NCBI GenBank assembly: GCA_965248355.1
Contig: OZ252098.1
Coordinates: 1,216,001-1,280,000, forward strand
DNA from: Candidatus Latescibacterota bacterium
Lineage (GTDB): Bacteria; Latescibacterota; UBA2968; UBA8231
DNA length: 64,000 bases
Reading direction: 5' to 3'
The translations under genes were made by a program, and so were the position numbers. This document shows positions 37,311 through 47,232 of this stretch, piece after piece (within the stretch, counting starts at the first letter, position 1; every line of letters starts with the position of its first letter). A model generated the notes under the pieces. It was not told the DNA's origin, made no database searches, and saw only the letters and a list, made by a program, of their open reading frames with translations.

Positions 37311-38263
37311 GGATCCTCGTATTCTTTGACTTCACCGATGAGCAGATCGAGGAGTTGGTTCAGCTGGTCCGGCGCCACGGAGACCACGAGGTCGTGCTCG
37401 CCAGGGAGACGGAGGAGGCGGTGAACCTGTCGCCCAGCGCCGAGGTCCTCCTCGGCCACTTCCCCGAATCCGTGGTCACCGCGGCACCCAGGCTGCGCTG
37501 GATCCAGTCCATCAGCGCGGGCATGGACGGTTTCCTCCATCCGGCGGTGGTGGAACGCGAGGAGGTAGTGGTCACGAACATGGCCGGGCTGTACGCACCT
37601 CAGGGCGGAGAGCATGCCTGGGCGCTGCTGCTGGCTCTCACCCGTGGGCTGGTGCCGTCATTGCGGAGCATGGCCGAACGCCAATGGCGCGGTGGTGTGA
37701 CCGTCGAGCTCGCCGGGGGGACCCTGGGGCTGATCGGCCTCGGCGGCTTCGGACTGGAGACCGCGAAGCGAGCCGCCGGCTACGACATGAGGCTGCTAGC
37801 CCTGGACCCCGTCCGCCTCGATCCACCGGAAGGCGTCTACGAAGTGCGCCCTCCCACGCGGGAAAACCTGCACTGGCTGATGTCCGAGTCGGACGCGGTA
37901 GTCGTCTGCTGTCCCCTGACCGACGAGACGAGGCACATGATCGGCCCCGGGGAGCTCGCGGCGATGAAGCCCTCCGCCTACCTCGTCTGTGTCAGTCGCG
38001 GCGGCATCATCGACGAAGATGCCCTCTTCGAGGCCCTGCGGTCGAAGAGGCTGGCCGGAGCCGGCCTCGACGTCTGCGAGATCGAGCCCCTTCCGGGAGA
38101 CAGCCCCCTGTGGGAAGCGCCGAACCTAGTCCTGACCCCGCATTGTGCCGGTGCTTCCCAGCACCGTTCCCGCAAGACTTTCGAGTTTCTCCGCGACAAC
38201 CTCGAACGCTACCTGCGGGGAGAGCCGCTGGTCAACGTCGTGGACAAGGGCAAGGGCTACTAG
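37307..38263 (+). CDS. D-2-hydroxyacid dehydrogenase
   Basis: GLIGLGGFG, PLTDETRHMI, SRGGIIDE, AGLDV, TPHCAG. Confidence 0.92.
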   Translation: MRILVFFDFTDEQIEELVQLVRRHGDHEVVLARETEEAVNLSPSAEVLLGHFPESVVTAAPRLRWIQSISAGMDGFLHPAVVEREEVVVTNMAGLYAPQGGEHAWALLLALTRGLVPSLRSMAERQWRGGVTVELAGGTLGLIGLGGFGLETAKRAAGYDMRLLALDPVRLDPPEGVYEVRPPTRENLHWLMSESDAVVVCCPLTDETRHMIGPGELAAMKPSAYLVCVSRGGIIDEDALFEALRSKRLAGAGLDVCEIEPLPGDSPLWEAPNLVLTPHCAGASQHRSRKTFEFLRDNLERYLRGEPLVNVVDKGKGY

Positions 38264-38269
38264 CGGCCT

Positions 38270-38317
38270 GGATCTCCCTTCCATGTGCGTTTGGCCGACG
38301 CGGATGGACGGTGATCC
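38270..38317. terminator. Imperfect hairpin between convergent genes
   Basis: Nested GGATC/GATCC, TCCAT/ATGGA and GCGT/ACGC inverted repeats. Confidence 0.4.
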
Positions 38318-38336
38318 GCGGAGTTCCCTATCCCCC

Positions 38337-39143
38337 TCAGCAGCCGATGGAGCGGACATACTCACGCATGGCGGCGCTGCGCCGGCTCTCGCTGACCGCG
38401 TCCTCGCCTTCGTAGGCCGGCTCCCCGGGGCAGCAGGTCACGACGCGGTCGTAGCCGATCTCGCCGAGGGCTCGCATCACCGCGGGAAAATCGACTCCCT
38501 GCGCCTCTCCCACCGAGACCCATTTAGGATGGTAGCGCCCATCCTCGTCCCGTGTACAGGAGGAATAGTCCTGGAGATGGACGTAGTTGAGCTGGGAACG
38601 GAAATCGCGTAACGATTGGACCGGATCGTACCCCCACAGCCTGGCGTGAGAGACGTCGATGCAAAGACGGGCCTTCTTCAGGCAGCTCATGTACAGCTTC
38701 CAGTGCTCGATGGAATCGACCAGGCAATTGGTGTGGATGTGGTAGCTGACTTCGAGGCCGAGGCCTTCCGCGTATTCCGCCCAGGCGTCGGCCCCTTCAG
38801 CGGCGGCCCTCACGTCGTCGTCCTCGACCCTCCGGCCTTCCGGCTTGCCCCCGTTCATGAACATGAAACAGTCGGCGCCCATCTCGGCGGCGAACTCCAT
38901 CCGCCGGCGGTTGCGCTCCACCGTCTCCCAGTCGCGGTGGTCCGGGGTCCCGGCCGCGGCATACACGGCCATGGGCATGCCGGCCTCCTCGCACACTCGC
39001 CGCAGATGGCTGGGCGGCCCCAGCCAGTCGAGAGGCAGTCGCGCCTCCCACCCATCCCAGCCGGCCTCCTTCAAGGCCGCCAGGGCGGCCGGCAGATCCG
39101 GATTGCGCCAGCGCAACGTGCTGTAGCAGATACTCAACTTCAT
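38337..39143 (-). CDS. Sugar-phosphate isomerase/epimerase (IolE/xylose isomerase-like TIM barrel)
   Basis: GWDGWE, YHIH, CIDVSH, YVHLQD, VDFPAV...IGYD. Confidence 0.8.
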   Translation of the reverse strand: MKLSICYSTLRWRNPDLPAALAALKEAGWDGWEARLPLDWLGPPSHLRRVCEEAGMPMAVYAAAGTPDHRDWETVERNRRRMEFAAEMGADCFMFMNGGKPEGRRVEDDDVRAAAEGADAWAEYAEGLGLEVSYHIHTNCLVDSIEHWKLYMSCLKKARLCIDVSHARLWGYDPVQSLRDFRSQLNYVHLQDYSSCTRDEDGRYHPKWVSVGEAQGVDFPAVMRALGEIGYDRVVTCCPGEPAYEGEDAVSESRRSAAMREYVRSIGC

Positions 39144-39199
39144 CCAGGTTCTCCCCTTGTCTTCATCTCGGAAACCATGGCTGCGGAGTGGCGGCGAGC

Positions 39200-41418
39200 A
39201 TGACGCAAGCCACCCGGACGGACGGCGCGAGCTTGACGCGCGGCGAGGCGGGCCGAGCCCAGCAGGCGTTCATCACCACCAGCGGACTCTGGGGGGTCTG
39301 GAGCCAATCCGTCGGGATCGGCACTGCCGTGTTCACCGGCTACGCCCTCCACCTCGGCGCCGACGCCCCCTACATCTCCCTCTTCACGGCCGTGGCCTAT
39401 CTGCTGGCCACGGTGCAGCTTCTCATGCCCGTTCTGGGCCGCTACCTGAGGCGGAAGCGCACCATCATCTCCGTGGGCATGGTGGAAATCGCGCTGCGGA
39501 GTTCCCCGCCGCTGGTTCCGCTGCTGTTCGCCCCGCGACTGCAACTCGAGGCGCTGATGGTCCTGGTGGGCCTCGGCCTGCTGTGCGGGTACTCCCTGTC
39601 CCCATTCTACAACACCTGGGTGGCCAGCGCCGTGCCCGGGAACATACGGGCGCGGTTCACCAGTCGCCAGACGATCGTGAGCACCCTCGTGGCCATGCTC
39701 GCCGGCATCGGCATCGGCCTGTTCATCGACGCCTTCGAGGGGGGCGACAAGCAGATCGGTTTCGACATCGTCTTCTCCGTCGGCGCGATCTTCGGCTGCC
39801 TCGGGTATGCCCGGCTGAGTCGAGCCCCGTACACGGATGGAACCGACGAAGGCGAGAGGGTCGACGAAGGGGACGGTATGGCCCGCCTGGCCGAGCCCTT
39901 CCGGGATGGGAACTTCCTCCGGGCGGTGCTGTTCTTCGGATTCTGGACTTTCGGCCTGGGTTTCGGCAGCAAGCCGGTACTGCAGATCCTCATCCTTCCC
40001 GCGACCTTCCTGCCCGTGCTGTGGGTATGCAACGCTCCGGGGGCCCACACCCTGGTCCCGGTGGCCCTGGCGCTCTCCGGCGTCCTGTTCTCCGGGATCA
40101 TGGTCGCCGTGACGCCCCTGCTCTACGGGCTGGCGCCGGCCCGGCGGCCCACGCCCCTATTACCTGGCCTCCTGGTCGGCCACGGTGAACCTGATGGGCT
40201 TTCTCGGCGCCCTCGCCGGAGGAGTCCTGGTGCACGCCCTGCGCGACGTGAGCTTCCACATCGAGGGCTTCCGCTTCGGACACCTGCAGATCATCATCCT
40301 GCTGAGCGCCGTGGCCCGAATCCCGTCGATCCTGCTGCTCGGATTCGTCTCCGACCGCAACTCCATCTCCTCCCGTCACCTCCTGTCGCACCTGTTCCGC
40401 GGCAACCTGCTCAGCTACACCTTCAACACCGCCGTCTACACCATGGCCCGGCAGGAGCAACTCCGGGCGCGGGCGGCTCTCGCCCTGGGACGCTCCGGAA
40501 GTCCGCTGGCGATCGAGCAGCTGATGCAGGCTCTGGCCGACGCCAGCCCCGTCGTGCGCCGCAGCGCCGCCCGCGCCCTCGGCGAGACCGGCTCCGCGGA
40601 GGCCACCGATTCCCTGGTCATCGAGCTCCTCGACGGCGAGTCCGACATCCGTTCGGAGGCGGCCGAGGCCCTGGGACGGCTCGGCCACGAGGGCGGCATC
40701 GACCCGCTGCTCGAGGCCCTCGAGGACGGAGATCCCCGGGTGCGGATCAGCGCCATTCGCGGCCTGAGCGAAATCGGCGGCGACGAGGCGCGAGAGCTCT
40801 TGTTCTGGCACTTCGGCGAGCATCTGGACGACCCGGTCGCCTTCCCCACCCTCGTGGACGTCCTCAGCCACATGGGCGACCACCGTGTCGTCCGCCCGAC
40901 CCTGCAGCGGCTCGACCGCTTCCGCTCCGCGGCGGTGCGCCTCCAGCTTCTCAACAGCGTCTGCCACGCCCTCGGTGCCGGCGGCGAATTCTACCGCCTC
41001 CTGTCCCGGGAAGAGTCCCAGCGGACACCAGCCCTCGCCCGGCGGCTGCGTCGAGTCTTCAACTCCCTCGCCTGGCAGCCCCGTCCTCGAGGCCAAGGTG
41101 CGCGAGCGGACTCGCAGGGCCATCCAGGACATGTTCAGAGCCCTCGACACCGAGGATCTGGACCGCATGGAGGAATCGGCCCGCCAGGTGGCCGGGATGG
41201 TCCGGGACGGCCTGTCGGCCACCGGACGACCACCCTACCAGGTCTTGTCCGTCTACCTCGTGATCCTCGCCCTGGAGACCTTCCTGACCAGCCCGGGACG
41301 CTACGATCTGCGGGCCGCACGGGAGATCTTCGTCGTCGTCTGTCTGGGGCGCATTGGCGGGATCCTTCGGAGCCTGGATGCGCCGCTATCGTCGGGACGG
41401 CCGGATCAGGGGGGCTGA
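39200..41418 (+). pseudogene. MFS transporter fused to C-terminal HEAT repeats; two frameshifts and an apparent in-frame deletion
   Basis: Coding sense moves across three frames near 40150 and 41072; HEAT repeats VRRSAARALGE, IRSEAAEALGR, VRISAIRGL. Confidence 0.75.
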
Positions 41419-41476
41419 ACCCCTCCGCCTGGTCGCCGGCGGCCAGGGGCACGGTCCCGTAGTTCGGGTGGGGCCG

Positions 41477-42184
41477 TCATCGATGCATCCGGCGGATACG
41501 CCCGAGCTCGCGCAGGTTGCGCAAGCTGCCCGACAGCGGCCGGAACCGACTGTCGGTGTCGTCCCGCCAGCACACGGGGATACGCGCGACGGAATACCCC
41601 GCCCGGGTTGCGAGCAGCAGGATCTCCACGTCGAACATGTAGCCGTCGACCTTCGCAGTCTCGAAGAGGCCGCGCATGACGGGACCGCGGAAGAACTTGA
41701 AGCCGCACTGGGTATCCGGGAAATCTGCGAGGCCCAGCCACCACCGCATCAGGCGCCGGAACTGCGCCGAGCCCCACTGCCGGTAGGCGCGCCTCGGGAC
41801 CTGGATGTCGGATCCGGGCAGCGTGCGGTCGCCGATAGCGATATCGGCCCCGGCTGACAGCACCCGGAATACCTCGTCGAGGGCGGCCACATCGGTCTTG
41901 TCGTCGGCATCGATGAAGCCCACGACCCCGCCCCGCGCGACCTCGAGCCCCAGGCGGACGGCGGCGCCCTTTCCGCGGTTCCCGGCAGCGCGAAGACAGC
42001 GCAACTCGGGCCGGTGCGCCATGGCTTCCTCCACGACCTCGGCCGTGCCGTCTCCGCTGCCGTCGTCGATGACGATGATCTCATGCTCCCATGGCCGGGC
42101 GGCCAGGAAGGCCCGGAGGCGGTCGACGGTGCCCACGATGCGCCTGCGCTCGTTGAAGGCGGGGATCAGTATGCTCAGGTCCAT
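41477..42184 (-). CDS. GT2 glycosyltransferase (dolichyl/polyprenyl-phosphate glucosyltransferase-like)
   Basis: LSILIPAFNE, IDDGSGDGT, NRGKGAAV, FIDAD, DTQCGFKFF, FDVEIL. Confidence 0.9.
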   Translation of the reverse strand: MDLSILIPAFNERRRIVGTVDRLRAFLAARPWEHEIIVIDDGSGDGTAEVVEEAMAHRPELRCLRAAGNRGKGAAVRLGLEVARGGVVGFIDADDKTDVAALDEVFRVLSAGADIAIGDRTLPGSDIQVPRRAYRQWGSAQFRRLMRWWLGLADFPDTQCGFKFFRGPVMRGLFETAKVDGYMFDVEILLLATRAGYSVARIPVCWRDDTDSRFRPLSGSLRNLRELGRIRRMHR

Positions 42185-42282
42185 GCAGGAGCCGGGGAAT
42201 CCGGCCGGCCGCAGCGGGTCAATCGGCTGGCAGAGGGAATCGCAACGAGCCTATACTCTCGTCAAACCGGACCGGGGGACCC

Positions 42283-42630
42283 ATGAGCGAAGAGACGGTC
42301 TTCGACCAGATCCTGAGCGGAAGGATCTCTGCCGACATCGTGTTCGAGGACGAGCACTGCGTCGCCTTTCGCGACATCAACCCCCAGGCGCCCGTGCACG
42401 TGCTTGTCATCCCGCGCCGCAAGATCACCGGCCTGCAGGCGGCGGAGCCGACCGATGCCGATCTCCTCGGGAGACTGATGGCGGCGGCCTGTGCCGTCGC
42501 CCGGCAGGAGGGAATCCTCGACCGCGGATTCCGGTGCGTGATCAACGCCGGCGCCCAGGGAGGGCAGGAGGTGCCCTATCTCCACGTGCACCTGCTGGGG
42601 GGACGGCAGCTTGGATGGCCGCCGGGCTGA
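42283..42630 (+). CDS. HIT-family (HinT-like) nucleotide-binding protein
   Basis: AFRDINPQAPVHVLVIP, GGQEVPYLHVHLLGGR, WPPG. Confidence 0.93.
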   Translation: MSEETVFDQILSGRISADIVFEDEHCVAFRDINPQAPVHVLVIPRRKITGLQAAEPTDADLLGRLMAAACAVARQEGILDRGFRCVINAGAQGGQEVPYLHVHLLGGRQLGWPPG

Positions 42631-42660
42631 CGCGGCCGGAGAAACGGACGGTCCCCGGCG

Positions 42661-43284
42661 TCAGTCGCGCCGGATCAGGACGTAGCCGTTGGCGGCGCCC
42701 GGAACGGCGCCCTTTATGAACAGGAGGTTGCGCTCCCCGTCGATGCGGACGACCTGCAGGCCTCTCGTGGTGACCCTGCGGTCGCCCATGTGGCCGGGCA
42801 TCTTCTTGCCCTTCCACACCTTGCCAGGCGTGGTGCCCTGGCCGATCGAGCCGGGGTGTCGAACGCGGTCGGGCGTGCCGTGAGAGGTCTTCTTGCCCCG
42901 GAAACCGTAGCGCTTGACGACCCCGGCGAACCCCTTGCCCTTGGACCGTCCGGTGACCTTGACGGTGTCACCCACATCGAACTGGGAGACATCCAGCACC
43001 TGGCCGACCTCGAACTCCACGTCCACGCCCTCGGTCCGGATCTCGCGAAGGAGCCGGTGCGGAGCCAGACCGGCCTTGGCGAACTGGCCTCCGTCGGGCT
43101 TGTTCCGCTTGCGGGCGGGAACCTCCTCGAAGGCGATCTGCACCGCGGCGTAGCCGTCTCTTTCCGGATTCTTGACCCGCACGACCGGGCAGAGTCCCGC
43201 GGCCACGACGGTCACCGGAACCAGCTCTTGCCGATCGTTGTACACCTGAGTCATGCCCAGCTTCTTGCCAATCAGACCGACCAT
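42661..43284 (-). CDS. rplC: 50S ribosomal protein L3 (outside the S10 operon)
   Basis: GKKLGMTQ, DGYAAVQI, SKGKGFAGVVKR, PGSIGQ, KGKKMPGHMG, KGAVPG. Confidence 0.98.
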   Translation of the reverse strand: MVGLIGKKLGMTQVYNDRQELVPVTVVAAGLCPVVRVKNPERDGYAAVQIAFEEVPARKRNKPDGGQFAKAGLAPHRLLREIRTEGVDVEFEVGQVLDVSQFDVGDTVKVTGRSKGKGFAGVVKRYGFRGKKTSHGTPDRVRHPGSIGQGTTPGKVWKGKKMPGHMGDRRVTTRGLQVVRIDGERNLLFIKGAVPGAANGYVLIRRD

Positions 43285-43361
43285 TCCGTTTTCCTTGTAC
43301 CCGATGGGGTCGCGTGGACTGTGGACTGCGGGCGTCTTCGCTCCAGAGATCCAAACCTGAA

Positions 43362-43390
43362 AAGTTAGGGAGCCCCAGGGACCTTGGCAA
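43362..43390 (-). promoter_or_regulatory. sigma70-type promoter of stand-alone rplC
   Basis: TTGCCA-17 nt-TAACTT, about 77 nt upstream of the ATG. Confidence 0.65.
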
Positions 43391-43413
43391 TATCGTCCAA
43401 TGCCCGGTCTTCG

Positions 43414-44298
43414 ATGGATGCCGTCCTCCGCGGGGGCGCCATCGGGGACTTCGTCCTGACCCTGCCCGCCATCGCCGCTCTGCGAGAAACAGGCGGCGGC
43501 GGGATGCTCGTCATCGGCGATCCGTCGCGGGCGCCCCTGGCGTCACCGACGCAGATCGTCGACGCGGATTCGGCGGCCTGGTCCCGCCTGTTCGCCGGCG
43601 GGCCTCCAGAGGGGTCACTCCGCCGGCGGTTCGCCGGTTGCCGGCGTCTGCTCGCCTATGTCGCGGGGGGTGAGCCGGCCGCTCCACGTCTGGTGGCCTC
43701 GCTGCGGCAGCTCTCCGAGAAGGTCGTCATCGCCGATCCCCTGCCCGTCGACGGGGAGACGGTCCATGTCAGCTCCCATCTGCTGCGCCCCCTTGCTGAA
43801 TTCGGCATCCACCCGCCTCCCGATCCCCTGCCCCGTATCGAAATGCCCCTCCGCGACCGCCGGGGTGGGCCGGTGGTCGTCCATCCGGGCAGCGGCGGAC
43901 CCGCCAAGTGCTGGCCTGTGCCGCGCTTCGCAGCGCTTCTCGAGTGGCTCTCCGGCCGGGGGATCCCCGCGGTCGTGCTGTGGGGACCCGCCGAGCAGGA
44001 GCGCTCGGAAGAACTCGATCGATTCCTGCCACCGGATCGCCTGTCTCCCGCGACCCCCGTCGAGTTGGCCGAGGCCCTGGCCGGCGCCCGCCTGTACGTC
44101 GGCAACGACTCCGGCCCCGGTCATCTTGCGGCGGCGGTGGGCACACCTACCCTCTCCCTCTTCGGCCCCACGGATCCCAGAGTATGGCGGCCGTTGGGGC
44201 CCCGGGCGAAGGTGATCACGGCGCCGGATGCAACGATGGAGTCCCTCCCGCTGAAGGAGGTGCTCGGCGCGGTGGAGTTGGTCCTGAATCCGTGCTGA
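43414..44298 (+). CDS. GT9 glycosyltransferase (LPS heptosyltransferase-like)
   Basis: GAIGDFVLTLP, HPGSGGPAKCWP, GNDSGPGHLAAA, LFGPTDP. Confidence 0.9.
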   Translation: MDAVLRGGAIGDFVLTLPAIAALRETGGGGMLVIGDPSRAPLASPTQIVDADSAAWSRLFAGGPPEGSLRRRFAGCRRLLAYVAGGEPAAPRLVASLRQLSEKVVIADPLPVDGETVHVSSHLLRPLAEFGIHPPPDPLPRIEMPLRDRRGGPVVVHPGSGGPAKCWPVPRFAALLEWLSGRGIPAVVLWGPAEQERSEELDRFLPPDRLSPATPVELAEALAGARLYVGNDSGPGHLAAAVGTPTLSLFGPTDPRVWRPLGPRAKVITAPDATMESLPLKEVLGAVELVLNPC

Positions 44299-44945
44299 GG
44301 CTCCGACGCCGAGAGGATGACGACCGCGCCCTGCGGACCCGGATGGTGGAGGAGCAGTTGCGGCGCCGGGGGATCCGCGATGAAAGGGTCCTGTCCGCCT
44401 TCGAGCGCGTGCCCCGCCACGTCTTCGCCGGCGGCGAAGACCTCCTTCGCTGCTATGGCGACCATCCCCTGCCCATCGGGTGCGGCCAGACCATCTCGCA
44501 GCCCTATGTCGTGGCCTACATGCTTGAAGTGGCGGGCCTTCGCCAGGGCGATCGGGTCCTCGAGATCGGTGCCGGTTGCGGCTATCAGACGGCGCTGCTG
44601 GCGGAACTCGCCCACGAGGTGCGAGCCTTGGAATACCACGAGCGGCTGGGGGTAGCCGCCGGCGATCGTCTGCGCCGGCTCGGTTATGACAACGTCGATC
44701 TCCGGGTCGGGGACGGGTGCCTGGGGTGGCCCGACGGCGGGGTCTTCGATGTCGTCATCGGCTCCGCCGCGGCGCCCCGCATCCCCGACGCCCTGCTCGA
44801 ACAGTTGGCGCCGGAAGGTCGTCTGATCATGCCCTTGGGTGCGGGGCTCGATCAGCAACTGGTGCTGGTCCGAAGGCGGTCTTCGGGCTTGGAGCAACTG
44901 ACCCTGCTGCCCGTGCGCTTCGTCCCCCTTCTCGGCCAGGGATAG
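44292..44945 (+). CDS. pcm: Protein-L-isoaspartate O-methyltransferase
   Basis: VPRHVF, GQTISQPY, VLEIGAGCGYQ, QLAPEGRLIMP, VRFVPL. Confidence 0.93.
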   Translation: MLRLRRREDDDRALRTRMVEEQLRRRGIRDERVLSAFERVPRHVFAGGEDLLRCYGDHPLPIGCGQTISQPYVVAYMLEVAGLRQGDRVLEIGAGCGYQTALLAELAHEVRALEYHERLGVAAGDRLRRLGYDNVDLRVGDGCLGWPDGGVFDVVIGSAAAPRIPDALLEQLAPEGRLIMPLGAGLDQQLVLVRRRSSGLEQLTLLPVRFVPLLGQG

Positions 44946-44949
44946 CGCC

Positions 44950-45465
44950 TCACTCCACGGCTTCGACGATCTCGATCATCACCCGCGCCGTCCCCTGCTG
45001 CACCATCTCCAGCTCCAGGGCGGCGGCAAAGGAGAGGTCGAGGATCCGTCCCTCGATGTACGGTCCCCGGTCGTTGACCTTGACCACCACCCAGCGGCCG
45101 TTCTCGAGGTGGGTGACCTTCACCACCGTGCCCAGGGGCAGCACCCGGTGGGCGGCGCTGAGCTTGTACATATTGAAGGTCTCGCCGTTGGCCGTCTTGC
45201 GGCCGTGGAACTTCTTCCCGTAGTAGGAGGAGATCCCGATCTGGTAGGCCTTGTCCGTGGAGATGCTCTCGGGGTCGACGGGATGGGCGGTCCGGGTCGG
45301 CCGAACAACGGGTGGGGGTTTCTTGTCGCGGTTGCGGTCACCCGAGGACTGGGATTTTCGAGGACTGGTCGATGCGGAGCCCGGCTGGCTGCGGTAGACG
45401 GGTGTGGGCGAGCAGCCGGCGACCAGGACGTGGGCGAGGGCGAGGGCGGCGATCCAGCGTGCCAT
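44950..45465 (-). CDS. rlpA: RlpA-family lytic transglycosylase lipoprotein
   Basis: Lipobox VAGC; SYYGKKFHGRKTANGE, AAHRVLP, VNDRGPY. Confidence 0.93.
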   Translation of the reverse strand: MARWIAALALAHVLVAGCSPTPVYRSQPGSASTSPRKSQSSGDRNRDKKPPPVVRPTRTAHPVDPESISTDKAYQIGISSYYGKKFHGRKTANGETFNMYKLSAAHRVLPLGTVVKVTHLENGRWVVVKVNDRGPYIEGRILDLSFAAALELEMVQQGTARVMIEIVEAVE

Positions 45466-45486
45466 CGACGTCGGTTGGGGTCGCGC

Positions 45487-46398
45487 TCAGGTCCTGAGCG
45501 TGCCCACCAGGTCCTCCACCCGGTTGATGTTCTCCCGCCGGCAGTACTCCCCGATGCCGTCGACGATGCCGGCGGCGGCGGCGGGCTCCACGAAGGTGGC
45601 GGTCCCCACCTGCACCGCCGCCGCCCCGGCGACCATGAACTCGAGGGCGTCCGTGGCGCTGGAGATGCCCCCGAGCCCCATGATGGGCAGATCCACCGCC
45701 TGCCTCACCTTGTGCACCAGGGCCAGGGCGATCGGCTTGATCGCCGGGCCGGAGAGCCCTCCCGTCACGTTGCCGAGGAAGGGCCGCCGCGAGGGCAGGT
45801 CGACGGCCATGCCCAGGAGCGTGTTGATCAACGATACGCCGTCCGCGCCGGCTTCCGCCACCGCCCGGGCGATGGCGGCGATGTCGGTGACGTTCGGCGT
45901 GAGCTTGGCGATCACGGGCCGGCTCGTCGAAGCGCGCACGGAGGCGATGACCTGGGCCGAGGCCCGGGGACTGCAACCGAAGAGCATCCCCCCGTCCTTC
46001 ATGTTCGGAGAGGAGATGTTGACCTCGATCGCCGCGATCCCCTCCGCCTCCTCGAGGCGGGCGGCCATCTCTCCGTGCAGCGGGGCCGTCGAGGCCGCGA
46101 TGTTGACGATGACCCGCGTGTCCAGGCGCGCCAGGAAGGGCCACTTGTCGGACAGAAAGGCCTCCAGGCCCGGGTTCTGCAGGCCGATCGAATTGAGCAT
46201 TCCGGCCGGCGTCTCCACCACTCGCGGTGGGAGATTCCCGGCGCGCGGTTCGGGTGTGATCGTCTTCGTGACCATGCCGCCGAGCCTCGACAGGTCGATG
46301 AAGGGCGTCAGCTCATCGCCGTAGCCGCAGGTGCCCGATGCGAGCACCACGGGGTTGCGCAGCTGGATGCCGGCGAAGGTCGTCCTCAGGTCGACCAC
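45487..46398 (-). CDS. pyrD: Dihydroorotate dehydrogenase class 1B, catalytic subunit
   Basis: LASGTCGYG, NSIGLQNPG, KLTPNVTDI, GGLSGPAIKP. Confidence 0.95.
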   Translation of the reverse strand: MVDLRTTFAGIQLRNPVVLASGTCGYGDELTPFIDLSRLGGMVTKTITPEPRAGNLPPRVVETPAGMLNSIGLQNPGLEAFLSDKWPFLARLDTRVIVNIAASTAPLHGEMAARLEEAEGIAAIEVNISSPNMKDGGMLFGCSPRASAQVIASVRASTSRPVIAKLTPNVTDIAAIARAVAEAGADGVSLINTLLGMAVDLPSRRPFLGNVTGGLSGPAIKPIALALVHKVRQAVDLPIMGLGGISSATDALEFMVAGAAAVQVGTATFVEPAAAAGIVDGIGEYCRRENINRVEDLVGTLRT

Positions 46399-46407
46399 AT
46401 CCCCCCC

Positions 46408-47232
46408 TCACCACTCGATGGTTCGGGCATCGTACACGGGGCCGTCGATACAGACCCGGCTGTATCGATGATAGGGATCGAGCCTCCCCTCTCCCCTCCG
46501 CCCGACCACGCAGCCGACGCAGACCCCGAAACCGCAGGCCATGTATTCCTCCAGAGAGGCGTAGCAGGGAACGCCCCGATCCGAGCAGAGGCGGGCCACG
46601 GCGGCCATCATGCCGTGAGGACCGCAGGTGTAGACCCTGAGCCTCGGTCCGGACACGTCGAGGGACTGGAGGAGCAGGTCCGTAACCCGCCCGGGGTGAC
46701 CCCGTGTGCCGTCGTCGGTCGCCCGGAGGAAGGTCCGAGCTGCGGGGCGGAGAAGATCGTCGGGCAGATGTCGGTCGGCGCTCCGAGCGCCGGCCAGAAG
46801 ACGGACGTCGTGGCCTTGGGCACCGAGCCGCCGGCCCAGGAACAGCAGCGGCGGAAGACCGATCCCCCCTCCAACGAGCGCCGCGGTCTCCCCTCCTCCC
46901 GGCTCGGGGAAAGGGTGTCCGAGCGGCCCGAGGCATCCAAGGGTTTCTCCTCTGGTCAATCGCGCCAGGGCCCTCGTCTTCGGTCCGATGCGATCGTAGA
47001 GGACATCCACCGTTCCGTCGGCCTCGTCGACCCCGGCCACACTCATGGGGATTCGCAGGTAGGGGGAGAACACCTCGGCCGGCCGGGGCTGCAACTGCAG
47101 GAACTGACCGGGACCGATCCCAAGGGCAGCCTCCGGGATCTCGAGCCGGGTAAGGAAGAACCCGGCGGCCACCTCCGCGGTCCACCGCACCTGAGCGGGG
47201 CCGTCCACGGCGCAAGGCCAAGTCTCCGTCAT
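46408..47232 (-). CDS. pyrK: Dihydroorotate dehydrogenase electron-transfer subunit
   Basis: PGQF, GGGIGLPP, TDDG, CGP, MACGFGVCVGC...CIDGPV. Confidence 0.93.
   Translation of the reverse strand: MTETWPCAVDGPAQVRWTAEVAAGFFLTRLEIPEAALGIGPGQFLQLQPRPAEVFSPYLRIPMSVAGVDEADGTVDVLYDRIGPKTRALARLTRGETLGCLGPLGHPFPEPGGGETAALVGGGIGLPPLLFLGRRLGAQGHDVRLLAGARSADRHLPDDLLRPAARTFLRATDDGTRGHPGRVTDLLLQSLDVSGPRLRVYTCGPHGMMAAVARLCSDRGVPCYASLEEYMACGFGVCVGCVVGRRGEGRLDPYHRYSRVCIDGPVYDARTIEW

Noticed and set aside
40130..41080. Programmed ribosomal frameshifting in the MFS-HEAT gene
   Set aside because: No slippery sequence or stimulatory structure is evident; multiple lesions favour decay or sequencing error.
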